A stretch of 64,000 nucleotides of DNA from Blastocystis sp. Blastoise. Its lineage: Eukaryota > Protista > Bigyra: Opalinata. The notes under the pieces were generated by a model. It was given only the letters and a program-made list of their open reading frames with translations, did not search any database and was not told the DNA's origin. The stretch is taken from the NCBI GenBank assembly GCA_039096225.1, contig JBBPEB010000032.1, forward strand, positions 620,001-684,000, in the 5' to 3' direction. This document shows positions 1 through 36,721 of this stretch, in pieces (positions within the stretch are counted from its first letter, which is position 1; each line of letters begins with the position of its first letter). Position numbers and translations under genes: made by a program.

Positions 1-38
1 TTATTACACTAATTAATTATATATATACATATATATAG

Positions 39-3000
39 ATACTGACTGTGATGATTATTTTTCAAATCCTTTTGAAGCTGTTTGGCATATATATACATTA
101 TTATCTACAGTGAATTTCCCTGATATTATGTTACCTTATATATCAAGTAATAGTCCTCTATTCCCAAGGAGACATGGCATTCTTATCACTTCTTTATATT
201 TTATCATCTTTATATGGGTAGCTATGTATATATATGTAGTATAACATTAAAAATAAGAATTATTTATATGATTATATATATATATTTTATCAATTTATTC
301 TATTATTTCATATATATACATATATATATAGCTTTATCTTATTGAAACTTCTATACGCTATAATCTTTTCTGCATATTTAAAATATAATGAATACATGTA
401 TATGTTATTATTATTATATTTATTCTATATTACTAAACTTATTATATATACTCTATACTTATTATTATATCATTCTTCTAGTTATTATCGTAAACTTGAG
501 CGAAATAACGATAATTATCTAGAAGCATATTCTATTCTTTCAAAGTATAATAAAGGGTATATATATATTTAATAATTATATCTTAATAAACATCCAAAAG
601 AAGATAAATATGATAAATACATGTTAATAATATATATAGGATATATATATTGAAAAGTGATTGGATATATATCTTTCGATTATTAAGAAAAGATTGTGAT
701 GATGAAATACTAGAATTGTTCTATCAAGCATCGATTAATGTATATTTCTATATATTATAAATCTATTTATAATTATTTTATATAAATTTATAACCTATAT
801 ATAAAGAATTCACTCTCAAATGATGTATATATATACAAATCTCAATTTATTCTAAGCTGCGAATTTCTTACTGTTTGCGTATATTATTATATATTTAAGA
901 AATGATAATTATATTTATTAATTTATTTCTAATATGTTTTTTGTCCTGTTTTCTTGTAAGTATATATATATATATAGGTCACTACTATAAAAGAGAATAA
1001 TCAAGAACAAAAACGTCTCAAATCAATTCGATTAGGATTCAATTCTTTGTATATATATATATATCTTCTTTATTGCATATTCCAAATCTATAATATTTGA
1101 GTATCTTTATATATCAGTTTTTTAATATTTTTCTCACATTTTCACAGTATATTAATATATATAAAACAATATATGTAGATTGAGAAATATAAAGTTATAT
1201 TCATTTTATGATACCTATATCTATCAACCATGCCATTTATATTATAATTCTCAATTAGCTCATGTATTATTACAAATAAATATATGTCTACAGCTGATTA
1301 TTGTTATGTTTCAAGTATATATATTATTAGACATTATTATTAGTCATGACACAATTGATTCTATGTTTTCTCATATATATACACAAACATATTTATATTA
1401 TTTATAAAATATAGTATATAAATAATCTTTATCTCCTTAGATCAATTCATTTGTGTCTATACCTCTATGTGATATCCTCTATTTTATTCTTATTCTTCTC
1501 TCTTGTATTCATTCTATTGGTATATTCTTTTTCTTAGATAAAGACTACAAACAAGAATATGTATATATATATATAATTATATATAATTATATTGTTATTC
1601 TCATAACTAATTATCTTCTTATAATTATATATTCATCATGTAACTTTTACATTAACATATAGTAAAATAATTTAAATGCAACTATTTTCATGCTATTTTT
1701 TTTTCTCTCTCACTATCTATATATATGTATATATATAGAAAATACGTATAACAATATATACATGTCTCTTCATTCTATCTCTCCTGTTTTATTTCATTGT
1801 AGAGCCATCGATTTCTTTTAATATATATGATATGTCACAAAGAGGCACGTGGATACATAATATTTGTATTTGTATGAGAATCATAAGAATTCTTTCAGTC
1901 TTATGTATATATATAATTATAATTATAATAATAGTCTTAAAACTCATTATATCACTAGTTATATTTAGGATATCCTAATATATATTTATATTCTTTATGT
2001 TGTAATCAGTACATATATGTTACACATATATATGACACATATATATAGATTCACTTGTTGAACCTTATATTGATGTTATAACAGTAATAGGAACGCTATT
2101 CTTCAGATGTATGGCTATATTATTAGCTGTATTCTATGTATTTATTATCTTTGGGTCCATATTCTTCAAAGGTATATATATATATATATTTATAGCATTA
2201 TTCTATATAATAATATAATTATATAAATACATATTATTTATTGCTTTGTTATGAAATCCTTTTTTTAATATATTTTTCTTTCTTATATTATTACCTATTA
2301 TTATTCATTTATCCTTGTATATGTTTTTTATTTCTCTATTACTTATATATTTAACCCTTATTATCTCTCCTACAGATAAGTTGGTATCTTCGAATGAAAA
2401 TGTAGCTAGTTCCGCCTATGGTCAAAATAATTATTATGCATTAAACTTTGATACTCCCATAAATGCATTTACAACACTCTTTTATGTATATAAATATATA
2501 TATTTTTGTTCGTATTTTTCTGATATTTCTTTTTCTTTTTTGAAATTATCATTTTGGTATATTCTATATATATTTTTCTATATTTGATATCTAGTTGCTA
2601 GTTGTTAATAATTGGCCAATTATATGCGAGGGTTGTGTCGCAGCAACCAATTACTTTGCAAGAATCTTCTTTGTATCTTTCCATCTTATTGTAGTTATAA
2701 TCTTTATGAATGGTGTTTCTGCATTTATTGTTAGTACTACATTTGTTCTATATAAATATAAAGAACAAAAAGAAGTATATTTACTTATTATTATTTAAAT
2801 ATATATTCTTAAAATAATTATAAATATTTAAAATAATTATAATCATAATCATAATTATAATCATCATAAATCAATAGCATAATAGTTATAAACATAATAT
2901 GTAATATAATATCATTTATAGAATGGTGACCATGCTCTTTGGGAAGAAAAGATTCACGATGTATATAAAACCTATTTTCATAAAAAATGGGAGTTTTATA

Positions 3001-3282
3001 AAGTATATATAAATATATATTTGTTTTTCTATCAATAGATTTATATATAAAGCATATATATTTATTTATTTTTCTATCAATAAATTTATATATAAATATA
3101 TATATTTATTTATTCTTCTATCAATAAATTTATATATAAATATATATTACTTAAAAAACAAAGAAAATACTTATATTTATATATAAATATATATTATTTA
3201 AAATAATAGAGAATACTTATATTTATATATATAGCAACTTCGGACATTTGAGATTGTTCGAATCTATGTAGATAGTTTATAA
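39..3282 (+). CDS. TPC: Two-pore calcium channel (TPC family), 3' portion, multi-exon; 5' end lies outside the window
   Basis: Manual splicing gives pore-1 'YFSNPFEAVWHIYTLLSTVNFPDIMLPY' and pore-2 'NNYYALNFDTPINAFTTLF/LLVVNNWPIICEG', followed by S6 'RIFFVSFHLIVVIIFMNGVSAFIV'. These are TPC selectivity-filter signatures. Last exon 'QLRTFEIVRIYVDSL*' ends at TAA 3280-3282. Confidence 0.88.
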
Positions 3283-3668
3283 ATCATTAATTAAATATTT
3301 TTTTTTAACTTTTCAACTTTTCTTTTTTCAATTATATAGATTTCTTATGTGTATATTTCTTCTTTTAATAAAAGTTATGTTCTCTTGCATATATAAACAA
3401 TTTTAAACACTATTATGTTAAGTTTTGCTATTGATTATATTTCAGAATGATTTATAAACTCTCTGTCTATAGAAACACGATATATTTACCGAAATACCAT
3501 AAAACCAATAATTTTTCTTAATTTCTGCAAATCTAACAAAACAAAACACATAAGAAATCAACAACAAAAGAATAAGTAGTGCAACTGTACGTAATAATAG
3601 GAATAGATATAAACACTGTCATAAAGAAACTAAAAGAATGAGTATAGAACATAATTGGTTAAAAACAA

Positions 3669-3906
3669 CTATGATCGACTCATATAGTTTTTCCAACGAT
3701 TATTCATTTCTGTTATGGTTTTAATCGATGCATTCACTTGATTTAAATCATCAATCATAGAGTTCACAGCACAATCAACTGCTTGAATCGCATTTCTATA
3801 TATAGAATGATATCATTTTGGCTATAATAATCTTTGACATAAATAAAATAAACTCAAAACATCATAAGATATACCTTGTTTCTTTAATACATGTAATCTC
3901 GTCCAT
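3669..3906 (-). CDS. Small coiled-coil protein (52 aa), candidate DASH/Dam1 kinetochore complex subunit (Dad2/Duo1-like)
   Basis: Exons 3906-3875 and 3795-3669 with a GT-AG intron at 3874-3796 give MDEITCIKETRNAIQAVDCAVNSMIDDLNQVNASIKTITEMNNRWKNYMSRS*. The hydrophobic register and terminal W-x-N resemble Dad2/Duo1 as I recall them. An extra upstream exon is possible. Not in the ORF track. Confidence 0.5.
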
Positions 3907-4203
3907 AGTGCGTTTCTATCTTCAAATTCTAATTAATTTTATATGTACTATATAATCGAATGTAGAAATCAATTCTTAATAAATAGAACAAAAGAAATAA
4001 ACCTATTATTCATGACAAAAATTTAAAGTAATCTTTATCATGATTAAATAAATGTTACTCCTTCAAATTTGAAAAATTAAACGGTTTAATTTTAAAACAT
4101 TATCTTTTCTCTTTGTATGTTTCTTGATTCCAATTCTCAAAGAAAGCATTATATATCTCTGCTATATCTTCTATTTAATATTACTGAAACAAGATATCAT
4201 ACA

Positions 4204-22535
<18,332 letters not shown>

Positions 22536-23138
22536 TCAAATTAACTTTATATATTCATTATTTATATATGTATAAATTTTTTTATATTTATTTATATATG
22601 TATAATAATTTTTTTATATTTATTTATAAATGTTAATATTTTTTATATATGTACAGTATATTTTTTACATATATATATATATATTTTATTATTCATTTTT
22701 TGTAATTTATTTTTATTTAAATTTTCTTTTCTATTTCTTTTTTCTTAATAATTACTTTTTTTTTTTCTATATGTCTTTCATTTTAAAATAACTTATTTTA
22801 TTATATAACCAATCTGAACCTCACTGGGAATACTTTCTTCTATGCATAAGTTAGATCACAATTGCATACAATTTTATTTTTCTTTTCTTTCAAAGTTATT
22901 TCCTAATAATTTATTTTCTGTATGCTGTTTTTATCTTTTTTTGTATCTTCCATAATTCACTTTGTTATTATCTACTCATTTTTATTTTAATTTTTTTTTT
23001 CTATTTTTCACGTTATTTCTTTATGATTGTGTAGTTTCCTTCATGCTCTACTTATCAACAAATAATACAACAACTCCATGTACTCCCTGATTAACAGTAT
23101 TTACACAATTAATAAAAAAAAATAGAACAAATGGAACT

Positions 23139-23408
23139 TATCCAATAGAAAGGGAGATATATAAAACTTCTCAAGGGAATACGAGGATTTTTTAAATGGG
23201 TCAATAAAATGGTAGAAAAATAAATCAAGTAGATTAGCCAATAGAATAGCAACATAAAAAAATAAAGACCAAAAACCAAAAAAGGGATATTGTTTAATAT
23301 TTAATAAAAACCAGTGAGATCTTGGGAATAATCATGAATCAATGGAAACAATAATAAAAACAAAAAAAAATGTTGACTTGCAGTTATCCATAAATTATAA
23401 GCCAATCA
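23139..23408 (+). promoter_or_regulatory. Cluster of CCAAT-box-like motifs, possibly the displaced upstream region of the amino-acid transporter gene
   Basis: ATCCAATAG (~23140), AGCCAATAG (~23236) and AGCCAATCA (~23400) are co-oriented just left of the hAT TSD. Removing the element would place them about 150-420 bp upstream of ATG 39780. Confidence 0.35.
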
Positions 23409-24708
23409 ATTACCTTTACTCCTTTTTCTTGTGTTTTTCCTCAGGGTGTGCCAAAACTGCGCTTTAAGCGCAAAGTGCGCTTTTCGATGTTGTTTTTGCG
23501 CTTAAATCTTTTATTTCATTTTTCTTTTAATTTTTATAAATCTACATAGAATAAAACGTTTAATAATTTTTAGAGGATCGAGATAAGCTCAATAATGATG
23601 TTTTTGACATTTTACACGAGGTTTGTGTTTGTTGATGTAATTTGATTTGTTGTTGAATAAATAATAACCTTACACATATTATAATTAGAGAGCAAATTGA
23701 ATTTTTTAGCATTTTTAGAATGTTAATCATGTAGTTATAATGATTGATTGTCTTTAAGTATTTAACAATTAGGAAAAAAGCGTGATTATGTGTAGATCTT
23801 AATAATATAGTAGTAGTAGAATCATAATAGCAATACATGCTTCAAATTTTTACAAAACTTTGAATTCTTTTAAATTGGCTAAATACTGATTATTAGTGGT
23901 CAAAAAATTTTCAAACTCAGCTCATCAAGACGCATTAATTTACACACTTTTCATGAAAAAAAGACCGGGTGACATAAAAAAGTAATTCATTCATTGACTA
24001 TTATACTATGACATGACAGTTTTTAACTTAAAACATATTATTTTGATATATAATGTATAAATGTTTTGAAATAAGTCATCTAAGAAGATTTTTGTGACAC
24101 ATGTTGTGACAGATACATGACTTAAAAGTTCATAAGTCATCAAATAACAACAAGTATGATTCCTATATTTGACTATTTGTGTTAATTTGGGTGACAAATA
24201 AAAATTATTTTGTGACAAAAGTCAATTGCTTAAGATATTCTTTTGTATATTATTTTAAAGACTTTTATTTATGTTTATAATGAAAAATAATGTCAATAAA
24301 TACTAAAAAATATTATAAAAAATAATAATGTAATTAAAAAGTTTTTATTTTTATAAAATATCATGAAGTAGTCTTGTAGGGACTGTACAGATACATCCTG
24401 ACAAGTAATAAAAATTAAATAAACGAAAAGCATATTAAAATATTATTTTTCAAAAATCAAACAAAAAACAATACAATGAACAAAAGCTGGATTTGAAAAA
24501 ACAATACGTCCAACAAAATGATTTTTAATAGCCTTATAAAATGGTTTTAAAATGTATTTTATATGTAGAATAAGTCACACAACACATTTATAATATTTAT
24601 ATTATAAAATATATTGTTTTTATGTTTAAAAATAAAAAAATAAAAAAACGGTTAGTAGTCACTAGCTTTGCAATTATTATATGACTTGATGAAAAATATT
24701 ATAAGGGA

Positions 24709-24778
24709 GTTGTTTGGTCAAATGGTCAGTGCGTATAAAATTTTTACATAGTGGACGGATCGAATCTTACGAGGAACT
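24709..24778 (+). pseudogene. Degenerate tRNA-like / Pol III-type relic, copy 1, inside the hAT
   Basis: A-box-like TGGTCAAATGGT and B-box-like GGATCGAATC at tRNA spacing, followed by a T-run. Stems pair poorly and no anticodon can be assigned. Confidence 0.4.
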
Positions 24779-25071
24779 ATTTTTTTAAACTTTTTCTTTT
24801 GACTGCTATTTACAATGATTTTATTTAAAATCAACTTTGTTTCATTTTTATTATCTGTAAACATTATTTACATCATTGATATCTGCTTTTTAGTTTAGAA
24901 TCAACATATCAACAAACTTTTTTTTTCAAAAAATAGTAATTATTGTTTAAAAACAATTCTAAGTATTTCTAGAATGTTATAAATGTAATAAAAGAGCATA
25001 AATATAATATTTGAAGATATCAAATAATTTTAAACTTATTATATAGAACACATGAAAAAATAAAATTGAGA

Positions 25072-25144
25072 AATCGGTTGGTATAGTTGACCAGCGCTGT
25101 AGCTATTATGGTAATTGTCGCTGGATCGAATCTCGCAAGAGGCA
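25072..25144 (+). pseudogene. Degenerate tRNA-like / Pol III-type relic, copy 2, inside the hAT
   Basis: TGGTATAGTTGACCAGCGC ... GTCGCTGGATCGAATCTCGC followed by a T-run; same layout and same B-box variant as copy 1. Confidence 0.42.
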
Positions 25145-25335
25145 TTTTTATTTTTATTTCTTGGAAAAACATCTTTTTATGAAACTTGTTCTTTTATATA
25201 TTTATTTTGATTATCTCTTGATACGATCATTTATTTTGGTTTAATTTAATTAACTTAGTTTATCAAGAGTATTCGCCTTGAGTATTTATTTTAATTTTTA
25301 TAATCTGCTTTACTTAATTACTTTCTTTCTTTAGG

Positions 25336-32228
<6,893 letters not shown>

Positions 32229-33299
32229 TATGCTGATATATATATATATATATGTATATATTTTTTATTGTTATTTTATTATTCTTTCATATATATATAT
32301 ACATATTAAATGAAACTGGGTTGAATATAGGTATCAAGAAGTACCTAAATGTGATTAAAAAGTTGAATAGTTTCTTTTCTTCTGTCTTTTGTATATTAAT
32401 GCTTAAAGTAATTATTTCATTGCTTCGTTTAGTTTGAATATGTTTGATGGCTTATATCAAATAAATGATAGCTTTATTTGCTCATTTATAAAGACATTTT
32501 TTGTATTTAGGTTAACTTTGTCAAAAATATTATGATTTATGGCCATGTATACAAATAAGGTGAAAAGCCTTTCATTCAGTCTGATGACAAAACTCATGAG
32601 TATCATATTTTGTTACAAAAAACTTCCTTATGTGTTTGATAAATTCAGCAGAATTAAGCATGGCTGAAAAAGTGTCACAAAATTTGGTGGCAAGTGTCAC
32701 CAAAGTCAGGAAAGGACTGACTATTTGATTATTTTTAAAACTTCAGTCATTCTTTAAAAATTTCAATGATAATTTCATTCTTTTGTTAAAGATTCAAATC
32801 AGAATAAGATTATTGCCTATAATATTTTTTCAAACTTGCTTTCTATCTGCTTTCTGAACTAATAATGGTTTATCATTAAGATTCATATTGGTTTTTGTTG
32901 CATTGTGAACTCCTCTTAAATACTAGTCAATATCTACTACATGATGATTTCCCATTGTTTGTTGATTGCTTTGTTACGTACTTGCTCGTTATGATCAGTG
33001 TTCAATACACATATCTTACAATGTGCTACGTGATGGATACTTATCAGTTACTTATTCTTGGAATGATTACTTGCAATGTATAATTTTATGAATATTTACA
33101 GTTTGTTGCCTTCCATTTATTATTTACATCTGATTTGGTTACTCACCAAACTTCCTTACTTCTCTTCTTGAATTAGTATACTCATTTTTCTTTTTGTAAC
33201 TTTGCGATTAATGAGATCTTTATTTATGTTGTTTGTATGTTTGATTTTATTCGACTAATGTGCTTTTGATTGCTTGTTCTACTTTATAAGTGCTAATTA

Positions 33300-35400
33300 T
33301 TTTGTTTTTGTTTTTTATTTTTCTGATACTTCCTTTTTTCATACTGTATTATAATGGTATTTATATATAACGATGACATTTTCTTATAGATTTACTTATT
33401 ATGAATTTTCTTATTCTTATTCTAGTATTTAATAAATACTTAAACACTTCATCTCTGCGATTAATACTTACTATGGTTACTAACATACATAAGTTTCTAC
33501 TGAAGATAGTAGCAGATTAGTAACAATTGATGTTTATTTCTTTTCATCCTTAAATCCTTTTGTCTATATTACAATATTATCATGTACTCTTATTCTATCA
33601 AGTTTACTATTATAAGTTTTTGAATGTTTTAGTATCTTATTGTGTAATTCTTTAATATGCTATTATACAGGAAAGTATCTATATGATATTTCTTTGTTGT
33701 AGTTTTCTGTATAAAATTTTTGAATTTCTTTTTATTCTTTGTATATATTTTCATCTTGGTTAATTATTCTTCAACTTCTCTTCATGTTATCGTTAGTCTA
33801 CTATTATATATTGAATTTTTAGTTATAAACCTTATCTTATTTCCTTATCTTATTTCATCTTTTGTTCTTTTAAGGTATTATAGCATTACATTAATTGTAT
33901 TAGTTTTCTGGTTTTTCAGTCTCTTCCTATCTTCTTCGTATGGTATCTTTATATTTATTAGACTCTTCATTTCTTCTGGTGCTTTTCAATTATTATGTGA
34001 TCATTCGTAATACTTCACCTGCATGTTCTTTTCCCTTTATTAAAGAGTTTCTAGATGTGCTATTTTTATATTACTTTTATATTATCCTTAGTTGATATTC
34101 CTTTTTCTCCTATGATAGAATTCTTTATGTTCTTATGTTATTCTAATAGTCGTTTCATATTTCTCTATTAAACATACTATGAGATTTAATGACGATTTTC
34201 TTTTCCTTTAATAATTACAAATTCCTCACTATTATATATTATTATATATCTTAGTTTTATTATTCTAACAGATTTATTTTTATATTTGTTTCTATAATTG
34301 AAAACATACTCAATTAATTTATTTTCATATTTCATTCAAATATACTCTTCATATACATATTCATATCCTTCATTTATGGTTTTCTTCGTTTTCTCATGTT
34401 CTATATATTATCCCATGGTCTACTTATTTTTGTGCCTATTTTTAATCCTATACTTCCTCATTATCTCTATTTCTTTATCCACTTTTCTTTTATTTCTAGT
34501 GCTTCTATTGTGTATATTGTGTGCTCATTATTAGACTTATTCATTTTAATACTGCTTCATCATTATCTCTCTTCATATTCTTTAATGCTCATGTTTATTG
34601 TATTTCCTATTTACACAGTTATTATTTCAGAAGCATTTTCCATTTCTTGTCTAAATAATATGGGTTTGAATATTTTTATTAGTCCTATTTCTTACTATCG
34701 TTTTTTATAATTCTTCTCGTTCGTTTCCTTTCTTTTTCTTTCCAACAATTTCTCTCTTGGCACTACTCATCATGGATTTTAGTAATCAAAGTTAGGATTT
34801 GTTCTCATTGTTGTATTACTATTATCTATATACCACAAAAGATATTTTTATTATTTCTCTTCATTCTAAGGTTTTGCTCTTTTTGTTACTTAAACATATT
34901 TATATGGCTACTCTTATTTATTATTATTGTGTACATTCTCTTCTTCTTATTTAATTTTTTATAAAAGCCTAGTATCTACACCTTCTATTCCTTCTATTCT
35001 TTCTCATTTCTAATTACTCTCATTTTCCAAAAATGATATAATTATATAATAGGATCTATGTCTCCATATTTCTTTCGTACTGTTATTTAATAAAATACTA
35101 TCTCTATTTACTTTAAACCATTTCAACTCCCTTTAACTTATTATCTATATACATCTTACATTCATGCTGATATGAATACTATAATACTATTTGTATTTCT
35201 TCTATTTTGTTGAATACGGTTGAGGTAGTTCTCGAATTGTTTATTTTCTAAATTTATTTTCATTTCTATTACTTTAGATATTATATCTTCTTAAGTGCAT
35301 ATGTACATAATTAATATGCTTATATATATTTACACCTGCTTTTTCCGTTATCAGCCGTTACTTCATATTATTTATACAATGTCTAACTATTATATACAAT
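33300..35400 (-). mobile_element. Possible highly degraded non-LTR retrotransposon (LINE) relic nested in the hAT
   Basis: Intron-free, strand-skewed sequence without the (TA)n intron signature. Broken minus-strand peptides such as 'KAPEEMKSLINIKIPYEEDRKRLKNQ' (~33985-33905) loosely resemble the LINE RT 'P..WK...I..IPK..D....NYRPI' block. Many stops; no YADD motif seen. Confidence 0.25.
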
Positions 35401-36721
35401 TTACTCCGTTTGTTCTTTTACTCATGATGATATAATATAGAAATCAACTTCTTATTACTTCTTATGGTTTATTTATTGTATTTCTATTTATAGATTTATA
35501 TATATTTTTATACGAATATTGTTCTCTCTTCATGTTATTGTCTTTAAAAATATACTAAAAATAATTATTATCGTCTCTTCTACTCATTTATCACTGCCGA
35601 TTATAAATTCAGTTGATATATGCATTCTTCCTTCTTCTTAACTTCAAATTTTATTTACAAGTTTTTAGTTATCTTCTTTATGATCTACATATATAAATAT
35701 ATTCTCATTAAGTCTATGTCAATCTTTCCAATAATTTTTCTTCTGATAATCTTTCAAATGCTAACCTTTATATAATATCATGAATCTTAATCTAATACTT
35801 ATTTCATGCTATTATAATATAAAATCCACATTACTTTCTATTATATCATATATTCTAATACTCTTTCGGATATATATAATCCCTCATATGATACTTAATA
35901 TAGATATAACACATCTTGCTCTTTCCTTTTGAATTCATGTATAAATATAAAATTGTTGGTGTAAACGATTTAAGATTCCACTTTATATATATGTTTTGGA
36001 AAATAGTATATTCTTTAGGAACCAATTGTTATCACTCTCTTTGTGATATTTGATTGATAAGTCAGGTAAATGATTTTAGTAGTTATTTGGTTCTTTCTAT
36101 TGATACATTATGATTGAAAATATATTTTGCTATTTATTTATATATTTAATCTTCTTGATTAGATATACTATTTGATTTAAGAAGAGTATACTTTATAGTT
36201 GTATATTATACTTTTGATTGAATAAAGATTCTTATTAGTATTGGATATTGTTTTAAAGTATTATACTAGAGAGATTAGTATATATGAAATAATTACTTCT
36301 AAAATAATATTTATTTTTCATATAAGTAATAATATTTCTCAGTTATTCGTTTGATCTGAATATAATAGTACTTGAAAAAGAATATAATTAGAAAAATAAT
36401 TGAAATATAGATAAAAATTATTAAGGAATAGTGATTCTAATTAAGAAACTATATACTATTGATATAATCAAATATATAAAGGAATATTCAATGTCATCTA
36501 TTTATAATTATATTTAAAAGATAACAGTATATCTTCTTGAGTTAATTAAAACAATACAAATTATAATGTAACAATAAAACATTATGGAATACAAATAGTT
36601 AATATAATGAAAACAATATAAATATATAAATATTAATAGTAAAAGAAATCAATGTACTTTGTAGTATAAATACAGTAATTAAGTAGTTGGATTAGATTAG
36701 TGATTTTGTTGCTAGATGTTA

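Noticed and set aside
23080-23160. CTCCCT...AGGGAG Stowaway-like mini element
   Set aside because: 6-bp match only, with no TA duplication on the right side.
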